Shown here: piece after piece, positions 46,732 to 57,393 of the stretch
Layout: each line of letters begins with the position of its first letter
Numbering within the stretch: position 1 is the stretch's first letter
Assembly: GCA_965249725.1 (NCBI GenBank)
Contig: CBDFMQ010000002.1
Coordinates: forward strand, 1,952,001-2,016,000
From: Longimicrobiales bacterium
GTDB taxonomy: Bacteria > Gemmatimonadota > Gemmatimonadetes > Longimicrobiales > Gaopeijiaceae
Length of the DNA: 64,000 bases
Direction: 5' to 3'
Made by a program: the position numbers and the translations under genes
Notes under the pieces: generated by a model
Seen by the model: only the letters and a program-made list of their open reading frames with translations
Told to the model about the DNA's origin: nothing
Databases searched by the model: none

Positions 46732-49700
46732 TCAGAAGGCGGTCCCCAGGCGAAGATACAGCGGGTCGTCCGCTTCATCGTTCAGCGTGAGAGCCGCCCC
46801 TAACCTGAAGAACAGACGCGTATTGAACAGCGCGAGGACCGAGATCTGGAGTTCGGCTCCCACCGATCCCAGCGTCGACCGCCGTGGGTTGAGTTGGTCG
46901 ATGGCCGGGTCCGCGTCTCCCCAGGCGTTCCCGGTATCTGCGAAGAGGGCCCCGCTGACCCGGTCAACGTGCAGCGGGAAGAATCCCCAGCCCTTATGAA
47001 CGTTCAGGATCGGGAATCGGTACTCCGCCGACGCCGTCCAGGCATAGCGCCCGGAGCGTTGGCCCTGGAAGTACCCCCTGACGGGCAGCAGAAGCGGCGT
47101 CCCGCCGAACAGTTCGAGGCCCGTGAGGTCCTCCGTGCGCCCCTGGGCTCCACCGACATCGAAGTGAAAACCGTTCGCCCCCGGCCCGAAGGCCCCTCCC
47201 GCCGAGGCGCGCCACGCGAACACGTGACGGGAAAAACCCGGTCCAGAAAACGCGTGGTACCCTCGCACCCTCCCCGACACCTCTCGGAAGCTCCGATCGA
47301 TCCCGGGGACTCCGCGCATCTCACTCAAAAGCGACAGCTCGTGTCGGGCCCGCAGGCGTAGGAACCCGCCCACGCCGGCCTCGGCGGTCGTGGAGTATGC
47401 GAACGACCGTGCGTTGTTGAAGGACGCGGTCGTCGAGACCTCCCCCAATCTCCGCTCGGGTCGCGAGAGTGTGACCGTACTCGCATCCAGGTTCTCGTCG
47501 AACACGTCGAGCTGCTGCCAGATGTGGGCAGCGGAGAACGACAGCGCCGTACTGGTTCGAATCCGTTGTCGGACTAGGGTCACCGACCCCCTCATCGCCC
47601 GATCGCGCTGAGCGATGAACATCTGCAGCGTGTCGCCGGACTCCGCCTCGAAGTCGAGTGGGCCGGTCATCGCATGATCCTGCCCGAGAGAGAGCCCGAG
47701 GAATGGGTTGCCGCGGCCCGAGTAGGTGTAGGCGAGATCGACATCGGTCCGGCCGCTCTCCCGAACGACGGCCTCGGCTCCGTAGGAGTGCCTCCCTACC
47801 AGATCCTGCCCATCGATGCGCACGCCGTATCCCGGCCGCAGCACTTCCCTGCCCTCACGTTTCACGGCCGATGTGTAGATCGGCTCCCAGGACCGGGGCA
47901 GGAGCGTCTCCAGAGCCCGATACGGGCGGGATTGACCCGACACCTGCCGTGCGAACAGGTCCGCAGCCGCGTCTCCTCCACGGGTGAAGCCGACCTTCAT
48001 CGGGAGCGGATCGAACCACGAGCCGGGGTCGTAACGAATACGCTCCACGTCCCAACCGTGGGCGTGATAGCTGGAGAAGTAGATCCACGCACCCGACGGA
48101 TCCACGGAAGGGTAGCTGCTCCCTCCGAGCATGTTGGTGACTTGGCGGAGAGGGCCCGGTGCCCCCGATACCGGGTCGATGGACACGGCATAGAGGTTGG
48201 GAATCCCGCTCCGGTCCGATGACCAGAGGAGCTGTCCGTCCGGGCTCCAGGTCGCAGCCTGGTCGGTAGCCCGATCGTTGGTTATGCGGTGGACGATCCG
48301 GCCTTCCACATCCAGCAGGAACACGTCGTAGAAGGCACCGGGGCTCCATCGGGACGCTGCGATCCAGCGGCCATCCGGAGACCAGCTCGGAAGGGCCCAG
48401 TGTTCCGTGGCGACCGACTCCGTGAGAGGCTCGACCGCCCCGGTCGTGAGGTCCACACGGACCAGCCGGTTCGTGCCCGACCCGTCCTGGACGGCCACGG
48501 CGTACCGTCCGTCCGGTGAAACGGTGGGCTGGGCGAGACGAGCCCCGCGCGTCACCCAGTGCTCTTCACCGTCCTGATCGACGCGCACCAGGTCCGACCG
48601 GATGCGGTAGGGGTCCGTGTATTCCTGCTCGGCCACGAGCACCTGTCCGTCCGGCAGCCAGGTCCAATCCGCGACGCTGTTCACTCGGGTGAGCTTCCGG
48701 CTGTCCGATCCGTCCGGGTTCGCCACGCGGATCTGAATGTCGCTTCGCCCATCGGAGCGCAGGTAGGCGAGGCGCGTGCCGTCGAGGGAGACCTCGGGGA
48801 AAAGCGCCCTGCGCCCGGCCTGAGCGACGGGTTCCCCTCGGGTGAGGGGTGCGTGGGCTGCGAGGGCGTCGGCCTGCCCGCGGTAGCGGGTCTCGAGCTC
48901 GTCCCGCCACACCGACCACGCCTCACGGAAGCCGATTCCGAAGGCATCCTTCGCCCCTGATTCGATTCGCCACGGGACGATCTGCCGTGCGATGGCGTCT
49001 ACGAACTCTCCCATCCGCTCCTCACCGTAGGCAGCCAACATGTGGTCGAAGAACGAGGCGCCGTAGACGTACACCCGGCTACCGGCGGGCCAGTTGGGCG
49101 AAAGGCCGGAGACCTGATCCGGGCCCTCGAACCCGTCCTCGAGTATGGCCGTTCGGAGAACCATGTCATGGAAGCTGCCGTTCACCCTCCCCGACTCGGT
49201 GAGCGCCGACTCGTAGTAGGTAGCCATTCCCTCCCCGATCCACGCGGGAACGTCGTATCCCGGGAATGCGGGCCAATCCGCCGAGGATCGCCCTAGAACC
49301 GCCCGCACGAGAGACCCTAGCGGTCCTGCATGATCGAGGTGGAAGACGTGTACCAGCTCGTGCGTAACCACTGTCTCGAGCCAATCGTCGAAGTGCGTGG
49401 AGTTGAAGCCTCCCATGGGAGGACGCACAAACACGGTGATACGGTTGTAGGGGAGGGCGTTCGCGAAGCCGTTGCTCCGATCCGCATGATCGGTCAGCAG
49501 GAGCTCGATCCGGCCGCCCGGCGGGTCGAGGAGCCTCTCGCTCAGATAAGCATAGGCGCGCTCCGCCCGCTCCCCCGCCCTTCTTGAAACATCCTCGAGA
49601 TCCGCCGGGAAGGTGACGCGGAAATGGGCCGTCTCCAGGCTTCGCCAATCCTCGTCCGGCGGCACCTGGCCCCCCCCGGCGCTCGTCCAAAGTGCGCCGA

Positions 49701-49743
49701 GGATTACCGAACAGAGCGTAGCTCGCCGACGAAGGCGGCTCAC
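46732..49743 (-). CDS. Secreted zincin-like peptidase domain + TolB/PD40 propeller + Omp85-like barrel
   Basis: Signal peptide; HELVH...EGMATY; repeated P.WSPDG; barrel-like C-terminus ending in F. Confidence 0.75.
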   Translation of the reverse strand: MSRLRRRATLCSVILGALWTSAGGGQVPPDEDWRSLETAHFRVTFPADLEDVSRRAGERAERAYAYLSERLLDPPGGRIELLLTDHADRSNGFANALPYNRITVFVRPPMGGFNSTHFDDWLETVVTHELVHVFHLDHAGPLGSLVRAVLGRSSADWPAFPGYDVPAWIGEGMATYYESALTESGRVNGSFHDMVLRTAILEDGFEGPDQVSGLSPNWPAGSRVYVYGASFFDHMLAAYGEERMGEFVDAIARQIVPWRIESGAKDAFGIGFREAWSVWRDELETRYRGQADALAAHAPLTRGEPVAQAGRRALFPEVSLDGTRLAYLRSDGRSDIQIRVANPDGSDSRKLTRVNSVADWTWLPDGQVLVAEQEYTDPYRIRSDLVRVDQDGEEHWVTRGARLAQPTVSPDGRYAVAVQDGSGTNRLVRVDLTTGAVEPLTESVATEHWALPSWSPDGRWIAASRWSPGAFYDVFLLDVEGRIVHRITNDRATDQAATWSPDGQLLWSSDRSGIPNLYAVSIDPVSGAPGPLRQVTNMLGGSSYPSVDPSGAWIYFSSYHAHGWDVERIRYDPGSWFDPLPMKVGFTRGGDAAADLFARQVSGQSRPYRALETLLPRSWEPIYTSAVKREGREVLRPGYGVRIDGQDLVGRHSYGAEAVVRESGRTDVDLAYTYSGRGNPFLGLSLGQDHAMTGPLDFEAESGDTLQMFIAQRDRAMRGSVTLVRQRIRTSTALSFSAAHIWQQLDVFDENLDASTVTLSRPERRLGEVSTTASFNNARSFAYSTTAEAGVGGFLRLRARHELSLLSEMRGVPGIDRSFREVSGRVRGYHAFSGPGFSRHVFAWRASAGGAFGPGANGFHFDVGGAQGRTEDLTGLELFGGTPLLLPVRGYFQGQRSGRYAWTASAEYRFPILNVHKGWGFFPLHVDRVSGALFADTGNAWGDADPAIDQLNPRRSTLGSVGAELQISVLALFNTRLFFRLGAALTLNDEADDPLYLRLGTAF

Positions 49744-49860
49744 TTCGCTCCTCCGACCTTGTCAAACGGCGTCGTCGTCATCACCCTTCGATCAGTGTTG
49801 CGCTGCCGATGTCAAACAGGGCACTGCGGCCTCCCCTCGATCACTTGAGCCGTCTGTGGC

Positions 49861-50496
49861 ATGAGCGAACCGTCCAAGAACATCTGGTACCAGCTGGGCT
49901 ATGCGCTCGAAACCGCCCGCCAGCACGCTCCGGCCCCCAAGAAGGTAAGTAAGAAGCCGGGCAAGGCCGACGCGGCGGCTGGGCCCTCGGCCGTCGACCA
50001 GCTTCTCACCGCCGGCGGGGGGGCCGTCGCTCACAAGCTGATCTCGGCCTTGGCGGGAGGCCAGCCCGGGACCCTTCGCATTGCCAGGGCCGCCCTCGCG
50101 GGCGCGGGCGCAGCCTTCTTCCTCAGCCTATTACGGACTCCGAACGGCTCGTCCGCCGAGGACGGCACAGTGCCCGATCCGGCCCTCCAGCTCCTCATCG
50201 GTGCGGGGCGCGGCATCCTGTACGGCTCCCTGCTGGAGCCCCGCCTACCGGGCTCCCCAGTCTTTCGCGGCGCCACCTTCGGGGTCATGGAGTACGTCGC
50301 GTCGCCCATGGGCGGCCTCGACGGCATCCTGGGCGCCGCAAGCCCCCATCGCACGATGCCGGTCCTGTCCGTCCTCTTGGCCACGGGGGATGAGGTGCCT
50401 GATGGGTCCCTGACCCATCACGTAGCATTCGGCGCGGCGCTCGGCCTTCTCTACGGAGCGGGAAGAGCGAGAAGAGGCAAGCGCGAGGTCGTGTAG
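49861..50496 (+). CDS. Hypothetical membrane-associated protein
   Basis: Best-coding ORF in the gap; Gly/Ala-rich hydrophobic segments. Confidence 0.6.
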   Translation: MSEPSKNIWYQLGYALETARQHAPAPKKVSKKPGKADAAAGPSAVDQLLTAGGGAVAHKLISALAGGQPGTLRIARAALAGAGAAFFLSLLRTPNGSSAEDGTVPDPALQLLIGAGRGILYGSLLEPRLPGSPVFRGATFGVMEYVASPMGGLDGILGAASPHRTMPVLSVLLATGDEVPDGSLTHHVAFGAALGLLYGAGRARRGKREVV

Positions 50497-52151
50497 GGGG
50501 GCAGGCTCCTCGGTTCTGTCCTCAGCATGTCGTCGGGGCACTGGCCGATGCCTGCCTCGGCACCCTCTGCTGCCCCATCGGTCTCGCGGGGCGTCTCCGG
50601 CACCCCGATGATCCCGAAGATCTGGGTCGTCACCTGTTCCCTACCGATGCCCACCAGTCCACAGAACGCCTCGGGCCGCGCCCTCAGCACGGGGACCACG
50701 TAGGCGTTCCCCAACCCATCGACGCGGTCCAACACCACGTAGGAGATTCCGGCGGCTCGGGCTTCCTCGAGGAAACGGTCGGGCTCGGGGCTCAAGGGAT
50801 AGGTCCGACTCTTGACGCCGGAAAGCGTATAGAAGATCCGCGGCTTCCGGCTGAACACGGCCGCATCGTCCGGGGCGTTCTCGCCCAGCCACCGGGCGGC
50901 GGCGACAAACTGCTGAAACCCCTCGCCGTAGCAGGCAAAGGGCCCCGCGGCTCGCACCGCCTCTCGGCACGCCGCCGCCTGACGAGTGGCGTCGTTCCAG
51001 CCCCGAGCGGAGGGGACGATCAGAAGCGAGGCGACGATCAGACCGCCGAGGATCGGCATCCTGGGATGAACACGGGCCGCCCCGGCGAGGAGCGCCTCAC
51101 CGGAGTAGAAGAGCACGAGCGGATAGAGGGGCAGCGCGAACCGATCCCCGGACCAGACCGCCGGCCAGAGCAGGATCAGGCCGAAGTAGAGCGGAAAGAA
51201 CAGCTCGGCCGTGGTGGCCTCCTCTCGAAGGCGCCTGATCCACCCCACCCCCGCCATTCCCACCAAGGCGACGCCGAGCAGCACCAAGGGCGTTCCCGAC
51301 CAGGTCGTCAGCCCCCCTGGGATGTGCGAGAACACGTAGCCCTGGAGGTTGTCCAGCACACGCCGGACGAGGTCTGCGACGCCCGCCGTGCCCAGGTCGG
51401 GCCGGTAGGGATCGATCAGCCAGAACTCGGAGATGTACTGGGCTTGGCCCGAGCTTCGGGAGCGCAACCACCACGCCAAGCTGGGAATCGCGAACGCCAG
51501 GGCGAACCCACCCGATGCCTTCCAGCGACGGGAAAAAGCCAGCGCGCCGCCCACCGCGAGCACGAGGGGCAGTCCGGCCGTGCGAGTGAAGGTCGCAAGA
51601 ATGGCCATGAGACACCCTGCGGCGATCCAGACCCCAGCCCGGCCTCCAGCGGCCTGGCCTCCATCACCCGGGGAATCCGCCTCGGTCGAACGGTGGAGCG
51701 CCCAGAGGCACCCCATGGTGAGAGCCAGGAAGAGCGGGTCGGACAAGATCCAGTTGCTCGACCACAGCAATGCCGGTGACAGCGCGAGAACCGCAGCCAC
51801 GCCCGTGGCCAGGCCCGCGCCATGGCGGTCCCTCACCCAGCCGAAAGAGAGGACGACCGACGTGGTCACCAGCAGGACCGACAGGAGCTTGAAGGTGAGC
51901 CAGGCCTCGGCGCCGAGCAGCATGGCAGCGGCAAGGAGCGCGGGATAGAACGGCGGATACTTGGTGTGAGGCAGATCGGCGGGGTCCCACGCTTCCACAT
52001 AGCCCTCGCCCGAGGCCACGGAGTGCGCCAGCGAGATATAGCCCGCGTTGTCGCCCCCATTGTGCGGGGCCGGGTTGAGTGCGGGGAACGCGATGGCGAG
52101 GTGGGCGATGGCCACCACCAGGAGGATCGCCCAGCCCGGGACAGGCTTCAC
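50451..52151 (-). CDS. GT-C-fold (PMT/ArnT-like) membrane glycosyltransferase
   Basis: GDNAGY..LA.S..SG.G, KYPPFYP.LLA, LSDPLF; GTGA overlap with anmK. Confidence 0.7.
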   Translation of the reverse strand: MKPVPGWAILLVVAIAHLAIAFPALNPAPHNGGDNAGYISLAHSVASGEGYVEAWDPADLPHTKYPPFYPALLAAAMLLGAEAWLTFKLLSVLLVTTSVVLSFGWVRDRHGAGLATGVAAVLALSPALLWSSNWILSDPLFLALTMGCLWALHRSTEADSPGDGGQAAGGRAGVWIAAGCLMAILATFTRTAGLPLVLAVGGALAFSRRWKASGGFALAFAIPSLAWWLRSRSSGQAQYISEFWLIDPYRPDLGTAGVADLVRRVLDNLQGYVFSHIPGGLTTWSGTPLVLLGVALVGMAGVGWIRRLREEATTAELFFPLYFGLILLWPAVWSGDRFALPLYPLVLFYSGEALLAGAARVHPRMPILGGLIVASLLIVPSARGWNDATRQAAACREAVRAAGPFACYGEGFQQFVAAARWLGENAPDDAAVFSRKPRIFYTLSGVKSRTYPLSPEPDRFLEEARAAGISYVVLDRVDGLGNAYVVPVLRARPEAFCGLVGIGREQVTTQIFGIIGVPETPRETDGAAEGAEAGIGQCPDDMLRTEPRSLPPYTTSRLPLLALPAP

Positions 52152-53314
52152 CTGATGGCCCCGGGCGTGAACGAACCCAGGACTCGTGGGCCACGAGCCC
52201 CTGTAGCGTCCGGAGCGTTGCACGCAACGCCGTGCAGGTGCGCCCAGGTCAGCACAGCAAACGCGAGCGCCTCACGCGCATCCGGATCGACACCCAACTC
52301 TCCCCCGTCCAGCACCGGCACCGGAGCCAACTCGGAACGAATCTCCTCCGCCAACACGGGATTGCGGGATCCCCCGCCCATGAGAAACACCTCGTCCAGT
52401 CCCCGAGGGAGGACCCAGGCGCGGTATGCGTCCCCTAGGCTGCGTGCCGTGAGAGCCAGGAGCGTCGCGATCAGGTCGCACCACCCTTGTTCGTCCGAGC
52501 CGGAGACCAGACCCTCGGAGAGCCTGCGCACGTACTCCCGGCCGTACCGCTCTCGTCCCGTGGTCTTCGGAGGCTCCGCCCGCAGGTACTCGTCATCGAG
52601 AAGGCGAGCCAACAGCTCCTGGTCCACCCGACCCCGGCCGGCGAGGACGCCGTCCACGTCGTAGGGGAGCTTGCCGTCGGTTGCCTGGCGCGTCGCCTCG
52701 TCGGCGAGACCCATGCCAGGCCCCGTGTCGAAGGCCAAGAGTGGTTCGTCCGAGCCGGCCGGCGGCAGCCAGGTCACGTTGGAGATGCCACCCATGTTGT
52801 GGACCGCCCTGCTGCGGTCCGGCACGGAGTAGAGCAGCCAGTCGGGCCAGGTCACCATCGGCGCTCCATGGCCCCCGGCCGCTGCATCGCGACTCCGGAA
52901 GTCACTCACCACCGCTGCACCGGTGATCTCGGCCACCGTTGCCGGATCACCGAGCTGTAGGGTCGATCCGCGCTCCCGTCCTTCGGGAGGGATGTGCCAG
53001 ATCGTATGGCCGTGGCAGCCCACGGCAGCCAGATCGGTCGGCGAGACACCGGCGTCCTCGCACACCTGAAGGACGGCCGCCGCCATCCACTCGCCGAGCG
53101 AGGCGTTCAGGTGGCACAGCCCTGCAGGCGTCCCCCCTTCCATGCCCTTCAGCAGCAGCCCCTGTCGATCGAGCCCGTAGGGTGTGTTCACGAAGGCGAC
53201 GAGGGTCCACGCGAAGTCCTCCGGTGTGCTCCCCTCGAAGCGCACCAACGCCGCGTCGATGCCGTCGAGCGAGGTTCCGGACATGAGACCCACCACGAGT
53301 TGACCGGGCGTCAC
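52148..53314 (-). CDS. anmK: Anhydro-N-acetylmuramic acid kinase
   Basis: GLMSGTSLDGID, HGHT, DFRSRD..GG.GAP, FDTGPG, KTTGRE, EALAFA. Confidence 0.95.
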   Translation of the reverse strand: MTPGQLVVGLMSGTSLDGIDAALVRFEGSTPEDFAWTLVAFVNTPYGLDRQGLLLKGMEGGTPAGLCHLNASLGEWMAAAVLQVCEDAGVSPTDLAAVGCHGHTIWHIPPEGRERGSTLQLGDPATVAEITGAAVVSDFRSRDAAAGGHGAPMVTWPDWLLYSVPDRSRAVHNMGGISNVTWLPPAGSDEPLLAFDTGPGMGLADEATRQATDGKLPYDVDGVLAGRGRVDQELLARLLDDEYLRAEPPKTTGRERYGREYVRRLSEGLVSGSDEQGWCDLIATLLALTARSLGDAYRAWVLPRGLDEVFLMGGGSRNPVLAEEIRSELAPVPVLDGGELGVDPDAREALAFAVLTWAHLHGVACNAPDATGARGPRVLGSFTPGAIR

Positions 53315-54225
53315 TCCTCCGAGCCCCCGCCGAGATCTTCCAGCACACGGGTCAGCACTCCATCCGCCGCTTCGAGCATCCGGGTGGCTTCCTCGGCGTC
53401 CACCCCTCGACCTCCCATCACGAGAGCGGTCTTCACATGGCCGCCGGCACCGGCGAGCAAGGCGTCGGCCTCGGTGCGATCAATCGCGAGCGTCTGCATC
53501 AAGATCCTCTCTCCCCGGTCCTGGAGCTTCTCGCACGTGGCCTGCAGGTCCACCATGAGGTTCCCGAACACCTTGCCGATCCGGATCATGGCCCCGGTGG
53601 TGATGATGTTCAGGACCAACTTCGTGGCGGTTCCGGCTTTCATGCGAGTGGACCCCGTTATGACCTCGGGCCCCACCAAGGGAGCGATGACGACGTCGTG
53701 GGTGTTCACCAACTCGGGCGTCGGATGCGTGCAGAGGAGAAACCCCGTCCGAGCCCCCAACTCCCGGGCACGGGCCAGGGCACCGTGTACGTAGGGCGTC
53801 GTCCCCGAGGTGGCGATCCCCAGGACGAAGTCGTCCGGCCCCACGTTTCTCCCGTCGACGGCGTCGGCACCGTCCTCCGTCCGGTCCTCGGCGCCCTCCT
53901 GTGAGCGGACCAGCGCCTCGAGACCGCCCGCTATGATCCCCTGCACCATCGTGGGGTCGGTTCCATAGGTGGGAGGCATCTCGGCTGCATCGAGCACGCC
54001 CAGCCGCCCAGAAGTGCCCGCGCCCACGTAGATCAGGCGCCCACCCGTGTTGAACGCCTCGACCACCATATCGATGGCACTCGCGATCGCCACTCGTTCC
54101 TCCGCCACGGCGTCCGCCACCATGCGGTCCTCGGCGTTGATGAGATCGACGATCTCGACGGCCGAGAGCGTGTCGATGCGCGCGGAACGCGGGTTCCTCT
54201 GCTCTGTAAGACGGTCATCGAGCAT
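53311..54225 (-). CDS. murQ: N-acetylmuramic acid 6-phosphate etherase
   Basis: TEQRNP, GAGTSGRLG.LDA.E.PPT, GPEVITGSTRMKAGTA. Confidence 0.96.
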   Translation of the reverse strand: MLDDRLTEQRNPRSARIDTLSAVEIVDLINAEDRMVADAVAEERVAIASAIDMVVEAFNTGGRLIYVGAGTSGRLGVLDAAEMPPTYGTDPTMVQGIIAGGLEALVRSQEGAEDRTEDGADAVDGRNVGPDDFVLGIATSGTTPYVHGALARARELGARTGFLLCTHPTPELVNTHDVVIAPLVGPEVITGSTRMKAGTATKLVLNIITTGAMIRIGKVFGNLMVDLQATCEKLQDRGERILMQTLAIDRTEADALLAGAGGHVKTALVMGGRGVDAEEATRMLEAADGVLTRVLEDLGGGSEE

Positions 54226-54383
54226 GTATGCCTAACGCTCTTCCGTGAAGGGGACCGAGGCGTCTGTGCGCGTTGCTTGCGGCATCTCGCGGACGCGAAC
54301 AAGCTAACCTTCGTATTTTTCAGGCTGCAACCAACGTCTTGGATCGACCGCAGCCGCAATCCACTACACCGAGTGCACGCCCT

Positions 54384-55592
54384 TTGAACCTTCTCGAGCA
54401 GGCCCGAGCGATGGCCCCGGACCTGGTCGAAATCCGTCGAGATCTGCACCGGCACCCCGAACTCTCCTTTGCAGAGGTACGTACGGCGGGCATCGCCGCA
54501 ACGGCAATGCAGGCGCTCGCGTGCCGGGTCCGAACCCAAGTGGGCGTTACGGGCGTGGTGGCCGACCTCGAGAACGGCGAGGGGCCCACTGTAGCTCTTC
54601 GGGCCGACATGGATGCCCTTCCGATTCAGGAAACGAACGATCACGGCTTCGTCTCGGAGTCTCCGGGCGTCATGCACGCCTGTGGCCATGACGCCCACGT
54701 CGCGGGACTGATCGGAGCTGCGAGGCTGCTGGCTCGGGAACGGGACGTGGGCCGCCTGCCCCAGGGCACGGTCCGCTTCCTCTTTCAGCCCTCCGAGGAG
54801 GGGACCGATGAGGAAGGCAAGAGCGGCGCCATGCGGATGGTGGAGGGGGGTGCCATGGAGGGGGTTTCGGCCATCACGGGACTCCACATCGCTTCCGTAC
54901 TCCCCTCGGGCAAGCTCTTCTTTCGGCCGGGACCCCTGATGGCGGGTACCGAGGAGATCCAGGTGGAGGTCCGAGGTCAGAGCGGTCACGCCGGGAGACC
55001 CGACCTGGGAGTGGACGCCCTCGTGCTGGCCGCCCAGGGGATCGTCGCCGCACAGCAGGCGGTCTCGAGGGCCCTCTCTCCCACCGAAGCGGGGGTACTG
55101 ACGTTCGGCCGCATCGAAGGCGGCACGGCGGGCAACGTCTTGGCCGATCGGGTCACGATCGATGGCACCATGCGGTTCTTCACCGAAGACGTGCGGGAAC
55201 GACTCTGCCGACACCTTGAAGGCTCCTTCCGGATGCTCGAGGCGCTCGGCGCCGAAGTGACCGTGCGCATCGGTCCCGGGTATCTGCCTGTGATCAACGA
55301 TGCCCAGGTCACCGAGTGGGTAAGGTCGGCCGCCGCGGATCTCATGGGCGAGGACTCCACGTTACCGATCGAGCCTATGACTCTCTCGGAGGACTTTTCC
55401 TTTCTGGCGCGCGAGGCGCCGGGCACGTTCTTCTTCCTGGGCGCCGCTCCTGCTGAGCCGAGGATGCACCACCGACCCGACTTCGACATCGATGAATCCG
55501 CTATCCCCATCGGGGCCGCCGCTCTGGCGGCCGGCGCCGTCCGTCTACTGCGCGAGATGGCCGGAAGCACAAACACCACTGAGGAAGATTGA
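54384..55592 (+). CDS. M20D amidohydrolase
   Basis: RRDLHRHPELS, RADMDALP, MHACGHD, QPSEE, EDF, MHH; start uncertain. Confidence 0.9.
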   Translation: MNLLEQARAMAPDLVEIRRDLHRHPELSFAEVRTAGIAATAMQALACRVRTQVGVTGVVADLENGEGPTVALRADMDALPIQETNDHGFVSESPGVMHACGHDAHVAGLIGAARLLARERDVGRLPQGTVRFLFQPSEEGTDEEGKSGAMRMVEGGAMEGVSAITGLHIASVLPSGKLFFRPGPLMAGTEEIQVEVRGQSGHAGRPDLGVDALVLAAQGIVAAQQAVSRALSPTEAGVLTFGRIEGGTAGNVLADRVTIDGTMRFFTEDVRERLCRHLEGSFRMLEALGAEVTVRIGPGYLPVINDAQVTEWVRSAAADLMGEDSTLPIEPMTLSEDFSFLAREAPGTFFFLGAAPAEPRMHHRPDFDIDESAIPIGAAALAAGAVRLLREMAGSTNTTEED

Positions 55593-57371
55593 ATGCTAGT
55601 TATGCGACTGACCCGGATGCGCTTGGTGCGCTCGGCTTCCCTCTTCCTCGGTTTGATACTGGCGGTCGGTGCGTGTTCGCCCGAGGCGTCTGCACCCCGA
55701 GAGGCACCGGACGAGTCTACCTCGCTCGATGGCGGGTTTCGCTATCAATCCGATACGCCGCCTGTGACGGCCGAGAAGGCAATGGTGGTGAGCACAGACG
55801 TTTATGCAAGCGACATCGGTGCGGAGATCATGCGTACCGGCGGGAACGCCATCGATGCAGCCATCGCCGTATCTCTGGCACTCGCGGTCGTGAATCCAGA
55901 GGCGGGCAACATCGGGGGTGGCGGCTTCATGATGGTGAGGATGGCCGACGGTACGACCGCCGCCCTCGACTACCGCGAGAAGGCGCCGCTCGCCGCCACT
56001 CGGGACATGTTCCTCGACGAAGCGGGCAACCTCACGGACAAGTCCGTCGTCGGACACCTCGCGTCCGGAGTCCCCGGCTCGGTGATGGGGCTCTGGGAGG
56101 CCCATCAGCGCTTCGGTTCGCTGCCTTGGGCCGACCTGGTCCAGCCGGCGGTGGGTCTGGCGGAAGGGTTCGTGGTCCATCAGCGCTTCCGCGGCAATCT
56201 GGTGAGTTCGAGCAACGGACTCTCACTGTTCGCAACAACCGAGGCGACGTTCATACCGGACGGACACGTAGCGGAAATCGGCGAGACCTTCTCTCAGCCG
56301 GAGTTGGCGTCGACGCTCGGTCGGATTCGCGACCAGGGGGCGGACGGCTTCTATCGCGGTGAGACCGCAGATCTGATCGTAGCTGAAATGGAGCGGGGCG
56401 GCGGTGTCATTTCGCACCAGGACCTCGAGACCTATACCGCCGCTTGGCGTGATCCCATCGCGTTCACATACAGGGGCTACGGTGTTCTTTCGATGCCGCC
56501 ATCCTCGTCGGGCGGAGCCACTATGGCCGAGATGGCGAACATCCTGGAGACTCAGGACCTGAAATCGCTGGAGTACCACTCGGCCGAGATGATCCACCTG
56601 CTCGCAGAGGCGTGGAAGCGGGCGTACTCCGATCGTAACGAATATCTGGCCGATCCGGACTTCATCGATATGCCCCTGGAGCGCATGACGTCTAAGGAGT
56701 ACGCCCGTGAGAGGGGCGCGGACATCGGGGCTAGTGCGACACCCTCTTCAGAGGTGGGCCCCGGGTTGGAGGCACACCGCGAGGGGATTCACACCACACA
56801 CTTCTCCGTGGTGGACTCGGACGGGAACGCCGTTTCCGTAACCACGACGATCAACTCCTGGTTCGGTAGCAAGGTCACAGTCGCTAGAGCCGGATTCGTT
56901 CTCAACAACGAGATGGACGACTTCGCGGCCAAGCCAGGCACGGCGAACCAGTTCGGTCTGGTCCAGGGTGAAAACAACGCGGTGGGACCGGGCAAACGTA
57001 TGCTATCGGCGATGACCCCGACCATCGTGACGCGGCCCGACGGAGAGCTCTTCTTCGTCACTGGTACGCCCGGTGGCGCGACCATCATGACCACCACGTT
57101 TCAGACGATAGTCAACGTGATCGACTACGGAATGAACGTCGTCCAGGCCGTAAACGCCCCTCGTGTGCATCATCAGCACCTACCCGACCAGATCTACTAC
57201 GAGAACGGCGGCCTCAGCGCCGAGGTGGTGGCCGCTCTAGAAGCTATGGGACACACGATGGTGGAGCGCGGCGGGGTCTCGGGTGACGTGCAGGCCATTA
57301 TCGTCATGCCCGACGGCACGCTGCAGGCCCACTCCGATCCGCGGCGCGGCGGTACTGCGGTGGGTTGGTAA
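55593..57371 (+). CDS. ggt: Gamma-glutamyltransferase
   Basis: GGNAIDAA, DYREKAP, HTTHFS (catalytic Thr), NNEMDDF, GTPGG, DPRRGG. Confidence 0.95.
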   Translation: MLVMRLTRMRLVRSASLFLGLILAVGACSPEASAPREAPDESTSLDGGFRYQSDTPPVTAEKAMVVSTDVYASDIGAEIMRTGGNAIDAAIAVSLALAVVNPEAGNIGGGGFMMVRMADGTTAALDYREKAPLAATRDMFLDEAGNLTDKSVVGHLASGVPGSVMGLWEAHQRFGSLPWADLVQPAVGLAEGFVVHQRFRGNLVSSSNGLSLFATTEATFIPDGHVAEIGETFSQPELASTLGRIRDQGADGFYRGETADLIVAEMERGGGVISHQDLETYTAAWRDPIAFTYRGYGVLSMPPSSSGGATMAEMANILETQDLKSLEYHSAEMIHLLAEAWKRAYSDRNEYLADPDFIDMPLERMTSKEYARERGADIGASATPSSEVGPGLEAHREGIHTTHFSVVDSDGNAVSVTTTINSWFGSKVTVARAGFVLNNEMDDFAAKPGTANQFGLVQGENNAVGPGKRMLSAMTPTIVTRPDGELFFVTGTPGGATIMTTTFQTIVNVIDYGMNVVQAVNAPRVHHQHLPDQIYYENGGLSAEVVAALEAMGHTMVERGGVSGDVQAIIVMPDGTLQAHSDPRRGGTAVGW

Positions 57372-57393
57372 CGAGGAGCGCGCTCCGGTGGCC

